Source: Takakia lepidozioides (lineage: Eukaryota > Plantae > Bryophyta). From it: a stretch of DNA of 64,000 nt. The notes beneath the pieces were generated by a model. That model worked only from the letters and a program-made list of their open reading frames with translations. It was not told the DNA's origin and searched no databases. Below are positions 39,363 through 50,400 of the stretch, one piece after another. Position numbers and translations under genes: made by a program. How positions within the stretch are numbered: the first letter of the stretch is position 1; each line of letters opens with the position of its first letter. Location of the stretch: positions 57,722,001-57,786,000 of the forward strand of contig CM060733.1 of NCBI GenBank assembly GCA_030704615.1, given 5' to 3'.

Positions 39363-41985
39363 GGGGATTGCTAAACCGTGAACAAAATCCGTGAGCAGAA
39401 AATTTCGTGAGCAGAATTCTGCTTACGCTTTTGGATGTGAGCACCTATAACCACGGACACCTATTCGGCTTAGAGGACCTATTACTGCGGGTAGTGTCCA
39501 GTATAACATGCATACCAATTCATCATTATGGATGAATGATGGATGAATGATGGATGAATGGGCGATGAATGTATGTTGGACGAATGGCATATGGATGAAT
39601 GTAGTTTGTGATTGAATGCAGAATTAAAAAGCATTTTTGAGTAGTGGTTGCCAAATCCCCCGAGCTCCAGAGTGAACCTCTGTCAACTGCAGAGGGTTGT
39701 GGTTGTCCTTTCACCAAGTATCCCAAGTCGAGAGAGATGCTGACATCCAATTGCAAAGAAGGTAGAGAGGCCATTTGGTGCTTTAATATAAATCGTTTGA
39801 AAACAGCCGATTCATTCCGACGAAGAATATCCACTGCTACTGGAGTCGGAGTCCAAAATGAAGAAGAGGATTTGTGCAGAGCTTTGTTGTCATGTCCTTC
39901 TTCCATGTGATCAAAAATCCATGTTGGGTAAACGCCAAGTCTTTTGCTTGCAAAGCAGGGGTTGGGTTCTTTGCAAGTTTTTCAATTTTTATTTTTATTT
40001 TAATTTTCCCCGAATGTGCCAGATTAAGGTGTCGTCAACGACACCTTAATCTACCTTAATCTGGCTAGTTTTCTGGTGTGTTATTTGGGGTGAATGGCAT
40101 CTACAAATTGCTCGGACCACATAATTTATGATTCGTTGTCATGTCATTATTCCATGTGACCAGAAATCCATGCTGGGTAAACGCTAAGTCTTTTACTTGC
40201 AAAGCAGGGGTTGGGTTCATTTGCAAGTTTTCCAATTTTTATTTTTATTTTATATTTTCCCGAATGTGCCAGATTAAGGTGTCGTCAACGACACCTTAAT
40301 CTGGCTGGTCTTCTGGTGTGTTATTTGGGGTGAATGGCATCTACAAATTGCTTGGACCATATAACTTATGATTCATTGTCATGTCCTTCTTCTATGTGAC
40401 CAGAAATCCATGCTGGGTTAACTGTCATTTGCTTGCAAAGCAGGGGTTGGGTTCATTTGCAAGTTATATATATATATATATATTATTTTGTTTTATTTTA
40501 TTTTTCCCTGAATGTGCTTGATTAAGATGTCGTCAACGACACCTTAATCTGGTTGGTCTTTGGGTGTGCTATTTGGGGTGAATGACATCTACAAATTGCT
40601 CGGACCATATAACTTATGATTCGTTGTCATGTCCTTCTTCCATGTGACCAGAAATCCATGCTGGGTAAATGCTAGGTCTTTTACTTGCAAAGCAGGGGTT
40701 GGGTTCATTTGCAAGTTTTCCAAAAAATAAAAATAAATAAATAAATAAAAATAATTTTATTATTATTTTATTTTTCCCCGAATGTGCCAGATTAAGGTGT
40801 TGTCAACGACACCTTAATCTGGCTGGTCTTTTGGTGTGCTATTTGGGATGAATAGCATCTACAAATTACTCGGCTTATGATTCGTTGTCATGTCCTTCTT
40901 CCAAGTGACCAAAAATCCATGCTGGGTAAATGCCAGGTCTTTTGTTGCAAAGCAAGGGCTGGGTTCATTTGCAAGTTTTCAAATAATAATAATAATAATA
41001 ATTTAATTATTATTATTTTCCCCGAATGTGCGAGATTAAGGTGTCGTCAATGACACCTTAATCTGGCTGGTCTTCTGGTGTGCTATTTGGGGTGAATGAC
41101 ATCTACAAATTACTCGGCTTATGATTCGTTATTATGTCTTTCTTTCAGGTGACCAAAAATCCATGCTGGGTAAACGCCAGGTCTTTTGTTGCAAAGCAAA
41201 TGCTGGGTTCATTTGCAAGTTTTCAAAAAATAATAATAAATTATTATTATATTATTATATTATTTCTCCCCGAATGTGCCAGATTAAGGTGTCGTTGACG
41301 ACACCTTAATCTGGCTGGTCTTATGGTGTGCTATTTGGGATGAATGACATCTACAAATTGCTTGGCTTATGATTCGTTGTCATGTCCTTTGTGACCAGAA
41401 ATCCATGCTGGGTAAATGCCAGGTTTTTTGCTTGCAAAGCAGGGGTTGGGTTCATTTGCAAGTTTTCCAAAAAACATAAAAACAAAATATATATATATAT
41501 ATATATTTTTTGTTTTTTCCCTTCTGAATGTGCTAGATGAAGTTGGCGTTGATGCCAGCTTAATCTGGCTGGTCTTCTGGGCCGGAATATTTAAGCTTCC
41601 GCCAAATTAAAATACACTTATTTAAACTCAACAACACATGGATCCTTGCGCACATGTTGTTGCAGTCATCCATGGTTCACTCATCTTGGCAATTTTTCAT
41701 CCGACACTCATCCAACATTCATCCAATGTTCATCCATTCCCTTTTACGTTCATCATAGATACATTCATTTGACAGTTTTTCATCGCACATTCGTGCCACA
41801 TTGTCGTCATGGAGTTTGTTTGTCATCGGTCCGATGGAGAGAAGATTGCGCCGTTGTAGTGGAGTTTGTGTCCACTTGTTCCCTCGCTTTTAGGGTCCAC
41901 ATCAATAATTTGCTCACGCTTGGGGGAATCTGCTCACGGATAAGGGAATCTGCTCACGGGTTCTGCTCACGCCTTTGCTGCCCTC
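39363..41985. mobile_element. Non-autonomous Mutator-like element inserted in the LINE
   Basis: Perfect 9-bp TSD AACACCTTC at 39354-39362 and 41986-41994. Imperfect TIRs with repeated CGTGAGCAGA / TCTGCTCACG. Removal restores the LINE frame LQYKHL|LDVFVPFLP. Confidence 0.88.
39880..41580. repeat. Seven tandem ~240-270-bp units, each with an 18-bp-stem palindrome
   Basis: GCCAGATTAAGGTGTCGT-CA-ACGACACCTTAATCTGGC at ~40018, 40268, 40517, 40786, 41030, 41278, 41532. A variable AT-rich microsatellite occurs in each unit. Confidence 0.92.
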
Positions 41986-44900
41986 AACACCTTCTTGATG
42001 TCTTTGTCCCGTTCCTACCTAAACCGCAATACATTCTTGACCCAAACAATCCAGATGCACCTCCATATGGTATAACCACATCCGAGCACCCACTTCTCGT
42101 TCATAATAGTTACAAACTCAGATGCTACCTCAAAGACCATGTACTTTTTACATATATAATATATATATCACCAAAACCGAAAAAATATCACTCTCTGAAA
42201 AACTGGAGACACGCATACTATCCACACTATCAAAACTCCAAACACTCCCTGATTAACACCTATCGCAATATAAAGCCCCGCCACACCCCATTCAACTGCC
42301 TTCACAACTCTCTTGATCTCCTCCAAGCTCCACCTAGGCAAATTCACCAACTACTCACAAAGTATCTGTTATCTTTCCTACCCACATCTTGCCATACCCT
42401 ACAACATATCACCATGAAGTTTCCTTTCATATCACTGGAGATCCTCTCTGCCACACTAAACACCCTCACATGTCTGCCTGGTTTTTGCACATCCAAACAT
42501 ACACCACAACCAACCACGTCGGTTAGTCTTGCTGACACCACACCAAACTCACCACTAGCTATACCCCTGCCTCCAACCAACCCTCCTCTTGATGAGCAAG
42601 ACTACCTACTAGATCAGCCCCTAATATGTTTCACATGGAACATCGGCTCCATCGCCTCTAGTGTCCCTACCCTATCACTTATACTCCAAGAGCCAACTCC
42701 AATTGCATACGTTTAATACGTACATAAATAAGATATTACATAAATATCATTTGATATATGGTAGCCCCCCCTCACCTGAAAAATACATCAGACGACGCGC
42801 CTTACCGTATCAACCAGCTCGGGGAGGAGTTGCAATTGGAATACACAAATCCATGCACTCGCAAGATACAACCTCCAAGATTACTATCCCAGCTCACCTC
42901 AAAACCCACCTGCAAATAGTGCAAATACATATCGGTCCCTATCCAAAATTCAGTATTATCCATCTATATATGCCCTCATATCTAGATGATGCACCAATTA
43001 CCCAAGATATACTACAACAAATTGCAGATTTCTCCAATAACCCAATTCACTCCTCATCTGTAATCTTTCTTGCGGGAGACTTCAACAGAGACCTAACCCT
43101 ACATGGCAAACAGTACATTCCTCTCCCTCGTTAAAAGATATAGAGTGGACATCCTACACCCAAAATCTTGGATTCCAGTACATCCCCTCAAACCAACCTT
43201 TCTCGAGGCAAGGAGGACTGGACTATACCTCACATAGTCTCATTGATGGCTACTATCTCAAAACACCTAACGACAATCCCACGCGATTACACAACACAAT
43301 ACTATATGACCCCATATATAACTCTGACCACTACCCAGTTCTCCTCCGCATTCCATCACATTTTATACCAATAGGTCCAATCTTGAACGACCTCTCTTTG
43401 GATACAAGACCTCGAATACCTACTCCTATCTCGCCCTTGTCCATCCTGGCTTTCCAGACTAAATTTAGATCCATATCCTCCACAACCATCTTGGAACTAC
43501 AAACAAGTCGCTTCTAAATTTGGAGGTCTAGATCACTTACCTACGATAAACCACATTGCCTGTATCCACTTGCCGCTCCTCGGAACCTTGTACATCCTCA
43601 AACACATGCATATTACTATTAACACATCGATACCTAATATTCTACTCCACACTTCACCCCCAGAAATAGCATGGGATACAAGTCCACAATAATGCCTCTT
43701 TGACCCAAATAGTAGACCCCACAAACAAACCACCCTAAAACTCTTTATGGAGTACAATATATCTATAATTTTGCAACTAACAGATGCAACTGGAACCAAG
43801 CTTATCAACCCACACGTTTTTTGCCTAACATACCCTAGGCCATTAACGCGTTCCCAACATATCCACTTAGGTCACCTACAAACCATTTTTTGGTACCCAC
43901 AACCGCCTGCCAAAATAATTGCCCCATAAACTGTGCGACTTCGCCCCATCATCCCTGCGAGCTTCTACCTCAGTATCGCTCCCAACCTACACGCCCCCCA
44001 CTCGCTAGACTGTTTGTCGCCCCCATATCTCATCCAAAAGCCGCTCAATCTATAACTGCCCAAACAACGGATCCACAACAACGTGACACAACCCAATCCG
44101 TACAAACCCTACTGGAACCCCACTATGAGCTTGAAGAAATACAAGGCATAGTTAAAAACATACGAGTAGACCAATATGGAGCCTCGTACGCTGATACTAT
44201 GTACTTGTGTAAATGGAAATGTGACCCCGACAAGAAAGCCACTTGGGAACATAATGACACCCTCTTTGATCGCCCATCAATACAACAATTGCAACACAAT
44301 ATCCAAATGATAGCTGATTACTACCGCAGGACCAACATTAACTATTTAACACATATTCATTATTAGCATATTGCGGAACTGCAAACTTCTGACAAACGTT
44401 TCATTAGCCCACCAAGAAATGTATCCAACCTACATATTTCCCTAGACGAGTGTAACCCAAACATTGATATTCTCTGTACCCACCCAAAGATCCAGATGGC
44501 TTTGCTTACATATATGGACCACTAGGCTGCTATTTGGAAGCATATCACTTGCTAGATTGAACTGGCTATGGAATATGTCCCATTTAAACCTCCTACCTAC
44601 CTTGCAACCCCAAATCCCGCCAACATTTGAGACAAAAGTTTCCACACTCCTCCAGCGCTATGCTCAAGATTTGCCCCCCCAAGTGTCCAACCACAACCAA
44701 CAAGCTCTTTCTCGCACGTTCCTATTCAACCTTACCCATGGCTCTCCTAGACTTTCTTACAACAGAACTTAAACTCACTCACTCATACTACTCTAACCCT
44801 CTCACATGCCCCATGGGGATGAAGAGTTACTCCAGCTTGTATAACGCAGATCAGTGTTTCGGCTCTCTAGGTTTGGCCAGATCTCATCATTGGCAAGGTA

Positions 44901-47900
44901 GAGGATTTGTGCACCCCCCGGACTATAGTACAGCTACCGAAGCAATCCATTGGGCAAGAATAGCTGCCCATATATCCGCAGAAGCCTTTACCGTATTGTA
45001 CATCCCGTACAATAATCACAAAAACACTAATCACCCTATGCTGGCCAGCCCCCCCGGAATGTTGACATTTGCTATATTTGACTCACGTACGATCATCTAT
45101 GAATCAACCCCACCATTATCGAAGTATATGAAATATCCAGAGCCATCCCTAACTAAACTAGTCTAGGTACACCACTTAGGCAGCCCACAAATACCATGTA
45201 CTTTCTTTTCACAATTAAAGCAAATACTAAACCAGTTGTTTGGCCCTACTGCCATAGTCTATGAACCGCAACAAGTGCCCCACGTCTACCCTCGCATCAA
45301 CCAAGACAAACCATGGAATATGGCCACCCCACAACCACCTTGGTCAGCCCAACAACAACACCCATTTGGACAAAAGCCAGATTTTACAAACTTAGCCCCT
45401 TTAAAATTCCCTCCCCACCAATGTGTATATACAGATGGCTCCCTAAAAGATGCACATGCAGGGTATGGTACATACTCTCCCGATAACAACTCAAGAACAT
45501 ACAACCGTATTTCAGGTCGTCAAAATATTTTACGTGCAGGACTCATGGCTATACATGATGCCTTGAAAGCACTGTCATGTCATCTTGGTTCGACCAGCTA
45601 CTACCTCTTTACAAATAGCTTAGTCTCTTTGTATCTCCTCTCTAACCAAAACCTTAAACCCTCCTCCCAAATTCATCACCCTGACCTTCATCTCATTAAG
45701 GCCATCACAGATATTGTAGACTCATCCCCAATACAAATTCATCTCCACAAACTCAGATCCCATATAGGTATCATGGGTAATGAGATAGTAGACAAACTTG
45801 CCCAACTTGGAACCATCCAACCTACTACTTACCCCACGACTGACCCTATTCACCTGACACACACATATCCATTCTGGCTGACATCCACTAAAGCTAGATT
45901 CCCGGACATAGCCCCATTCGGGACCTGCATGCATATATGACAGAAGAAACTATGGATCAAATCCGTGCATCGCCCACCTATCTAAAACCCTGTAACATAT
46001 CCAAATGGGTTACGCCACCTGAGCTGCTCCACCATATGTCTAATCACTTATGGAAATCTCCAATTATCAGTGATGCCCAAATTAAACAAATGCTCCGATT
46101 TCGATACGGACAATACATGGGCAATCAACGACGTAATTTATTTTGGCCTCTATTATATCCTAACAAGCAGTGTACGTTATGTTATTCCCAACCCCCTCGA
46201 GTGGACACATGGCCACATCTTCTTCTCCATTGTAAACATCCCATTATCCATGGACTTCACATTACTTGACATTATCAAGAAGTTTGGCAACTCCATAAAC
46301 TTCTTCTCACACACCCTAAAACTAGATGAGACAACCTCATTAATGCAGGCACAATTCAAGGTAGGCCACCGGACCACACAATACGTTCATGGTTGCTACC
46401 ATGTACATGCGCTAATCACCCATGCCTCTGTCTGGCAAGATTATGTCCAAATATTCTTCTTATCCAAACTCCCCATCTCGTCGGCAACACCAACATGTCC
46501 ACTCCCCTCCCTCACTATCCACATCATTGAATTTGCCTTCTGTCATGACAGAGATCCCGATCAATCCATTATGTTCAAACGTGAAAAATACGAACCCCTA
46601 GTTTTAGCCCTCCGTCAATATGGATGGAACACTGCCCCTCTGACAATTATCACCGCTGGTGTCAGAGGGGGAGCTCACTGTCACAATAGTCTAATCCTAA
46701 AAGAAAACCTTAAACTACCTCATAAATAAACCACCCCCCTATTACGAACATTACACCTCACGGCCATCACTTCAGTAACAGCCATTATTCTCAACAAAAG
46801 AAAGATTGAAAGTGGCCAGCTTGCCGCTTAGTAACTGGTTCTTGTTACCATAGAGCCCACCCCCGAAAGGGGGTAGCACCCACATGGGGAAGAGGCTCTT
46901 ATTTACGCTAGCTTCGGCTGGCGTCGTATATATATATATGGTCCACGTCGTCCGTATTGAACGCTTGCATTCGACCATCTCAAACTCTTTCAATGGCATC
47001 TTACTTTTCTCTTCATTGTCACATACGCGCAAGAAATGAAACTACATGAACAAAACCTGTAATTTGTCAATGCACATTCAATCTCGTGAGGTGAGCGTTG
47101 CAATCCTTTCTTCTACACAGTCAACACAAATTGTTTTATAGTGCTCCTCAGTGTTCAAAAAGGGGATTAAAATCAGTTTGATAGGATAGTGTTGATATTG
47201 AAGGCATGCAAATGATTGGAATTTACCAACGCTGATTTAGGGCAGTCTCCAATCGGGAGATCATTTTTTTCAGAAGTCAACTTGTTTTGGCAAGAGTACA
47301 ACTTCTGATTTGCCGCCCACAAAATTCGGCCATTCTTAGCACAAATAATGTTTTTGCTAATAGAGCTTACCCCAAAAGAGAGCACTAGACACAAGGTGAA
47401 GTGCTCTTAGTTACGCCAGCTTCGGTCCGAGTCTTCTTCTCTTGTTTATGCTAGCTACTAAATGCTATAGGCTGCAAATACTCGTTAACGACAAATAGAG
47501 ACAATTACATGTTGCCATGCACATTGCATGTACATAACAAATCTTCCATGATGGAAGTAACATTTTGTTTTTGCATTACCATGTGCCTAAACCAAACAAA
47601 GTCTGTTTCTTTCAAGGTCTACTATACGTCTGTTGAACAAGTACATAGGGTAGAGAACCCTATCACTGCCAAAATAACACTTTCAATGTGTAATTATACA
47701 TGTAAATGATCAATTTTTTGTTTATTGTTATGATTAATATTTTTGCACATAGCTAGATTATGTAATGTACTAGATGTGTTGCTAACTTTTAAGTTTTGTT
47801 CAAACATTTAAATAATGCAGAAAATTACATAGCACTTCCATCAAGACAACAAATTATATCAAATTTTTTAATGTTTAACGTCTAAGTGCCTATCTCAGCC

Positions 47901-48564
47901 AATATATGCCATATCATGATCGTGCCAAAGATCCTATTGGTAGTCATACTAACCCTATGAAAACCATTGAACTTATGAAATCTAACAACTGAGTAGTGAA
48001 CGCAGCTACATATGAAGTGCAAGGAGGTTGGATTAATCTTTGAGTTGCTTCTTGGAAATATACTATCTCACTATTGAAGAGGAAAAGACTCTTGTTGAAT
48101 GATGTTTGAATATGCAATACTTCAATGGGATGTTGAGGGGATGTTCAATCTCCACTGTACATAATTAATTATTATAAAGATCAAGATTCAAGAGATCACA
48201 AAAGGACAATAAATTACATGCAGCTTAAAAGATGGGATGCTTGGAAATAAAGGGTCTTATTGGATGGCCTTGGAGGCTCCATTTGTTCAGTTGTCCATGA
48301 CTTTGTTCTACTTTGCTTGTAAATGTGTTTGTTCTTGATTTACAAGTTCAGCCAAAACTTGACAACTCTGTCCTCATTTTTCAGATTTTGTTTCTCTTGG
48401 GAAAGGTAGACTTGCTCTTTTCTTGATCCTAATCTATAGTTGGTTTGCACATTACATAAATTACATGTGATTCTTTGCTGTATTCTTAGCTGGTGGAGTT
48501 CAGCCAAATATCCATATACTCGCAACAACATTAATTTTTCAAATTTAGCTCATATGGTTGTTGC

Positions 48565-49145
48565 CAGTATTGTGCAGCTAAATAATTTATCCGGTAGATA
48601 AATCAGGATAAAGACAAATGAGCTATTTGTATGTACTACTTTCATTTACCCTTACCCTTCATGTTGGATAAATAGTTTGATTCATGCTTATATATGAATG
48701 ATACCGTTTTGTAGATAAATACAGGATAAATAAGAAAAAGAGTAAATATGGAGTTCTCTTCTTCCGCATCCCACCTAGACCTATATACCTCCTCTAATGA
48801 GCCCTACTATGACACCCAAAATGATCACCTTAAGAAAGAAAATAGAGTTGAAAATGATAATAAACATATTTTTACATCCTTCAATACATCCTTGATTTAT
48901 GCTTTGCGTCTATAAAGGATAAACCATCCATTTATTTATATGTTTCCATGTTTGAAGAAAGGGAGGTAGATTTATTACTAAATTATAGTGAGAGTGAAAA
49001 AAAATCATTTATCTTTATCCTTCATTTACCTTCATATGAATATATTGGCAATATATACCCTTTACCCGGAGGATAAGTAGTTTTCTAATGTCTATTTACT
49101 CTTATCCAGTGGATAAGTAAAAATCTAATTATCCACACAACAACG
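48565..49145. mobile_element. Probable hAT-type MITE
   Basis: 8-bp TSD GTTGTTGC/GTTGTTAC (1 mismatch), imperfect TIRs (CAGTATTGTG../..CACAACAACG) and many GGATAA/TTATCC subterminal motifs. Confidence 0.5.
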
Positions 49146-49840
49146 GTTGTTACATTGTAAGGTTGATGATGTTTTTATTTATGTATTAAAAACCTGATTC
49201 AGATTTTGTGTTTTTAATCTTGCCAGTATGACTAGCCCTAATAATGTAGCCCAAGTTTGATTTCAAAAAAATTCAGCCAATAAGAAGATGACATGACCAA
49301 GTGGAGGGGCGGCGGAAAGGGAGGGGAAGGACATACAAACGAGAGGGAAAAGGGGCTGTTGATGAGTGGACAGGTTGGCCCGGGCTGGAGGGACGCGTAG
49401 AAAGAGGGGAGAGACAACGTTTCATTTAGGGAAGGTAAGAAATAAGCACCCCATTTGGAACAACCAGTGGTGGGTTAGGATTAGAGTTTTTTGGGGGGGT
49501 GCAATTAGTCAACACGTGTCAAATATTGGGGTTGCTTTGGTTAGGTGGTAGGGCGGTGGTGGCTGACGTAACGGAAAGGCATTTTTCGGAAGTGCCACAG
49601 CCACGGGTACATAGTCGCCAAGAGAGGTGAAATAAGGTGGAGAAAAGCCACGGGGGCAACAAAATGACCCGGACCTGCAACACAACCATCTAGCTGGGAC
49701 AAAAGCACTATACAAACGAGTTGTGACAAAGGCACGACACCAACCAGTTGTGACAAGGGGACAAAGCTTCCAAAGTGGTCACAGGGTCCGCTAAAAAAAA
49801 AACACTGAGTAAACAAAGTTGCAAACAAAGCACAGATAAA

Positions 49841-50400
49841 ATGTTTGAGGTGTCATGTACAGTGTGTATATGAGGATGCGATGTGGATCCGAAGCTGTTG
49901 CTCTTTTTGCAAAAATTCATTGAAGACCGATGTGTGGTTGTCTTAGTAGCAGTAAAACGTGGAGGAACTATGACACACTTACACTTTCAGATGATTGTCC
50001 GATTACTCGCGACCAGCCTTATATAGGTGAACAACTCGATCATGCCTATATAGGATGGGACTATGTTCCACCTGTTGTTCATACGGTGATGTGTAAAGAA
50101 TTAAGACAAGATCATTTATATACATGAAAAGGCCTATTGGGTTACTGTATGGAAGATTACGAGCAACCTCATTTCCAGCTTTTCCACAAAAACGTGAGTG
50201 CTATAGTTTTAGAAGACAAGGAATTGTATGCTTATATATATAGTTTTGCAAAGCTCAAGAATTGGGCATGTCTAACGTCAATAAATGTCTTGACTCGAGC
50301 TTAGCCCGACAAACACTTGTCCGGAACATTCGCTGGCTGTCTATTGTCCATGTTGAGAACAGGGAAATTTTATGTTTATGCTGCATTCTTGCAAAAACCA
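49841..50400 (+). mobile_element. Degenerate Replitron HUH endonuclease gene
   Basis: MFEVSCTV..DVDPKLL..VKRGGTMTHLHFQ (HUH at 49976-49984) / IGWD..VMCKEL..LYT*KGLLGYCMEDYEQPHF..NVS (Tyr at 50143) ..LLSMLRTGKFY. Contains stops and a frameshift. Confidence 0.75.

Larger units (their letters stand above)
38320..46830 (+). mobile_element. Degenerate Dualen/RandI-like non-LTR retrotransposon lacking RT
   Basis: APE: CFTWNIG (~42627), GGVAIGI, LYMPS, LAGDFN (~43070), LIDGYY, SDHYPV (43323). RNase H: VYTDGS..HIGIMGNEIVDKLA. CCHC: CTLC..HLLLHC. RLE: RLCPNIL..IHIIEFAFC..KREKYEPL. 5' limit is approximate. Confidence 0.8.

Noticed and set aside
39880-41580. CRISPR array
   Set aside because: The sequences between palindromes are ~200+ bp and homologous to each other, there are no cas genes, and the context is eukaryotic inside a MULE.
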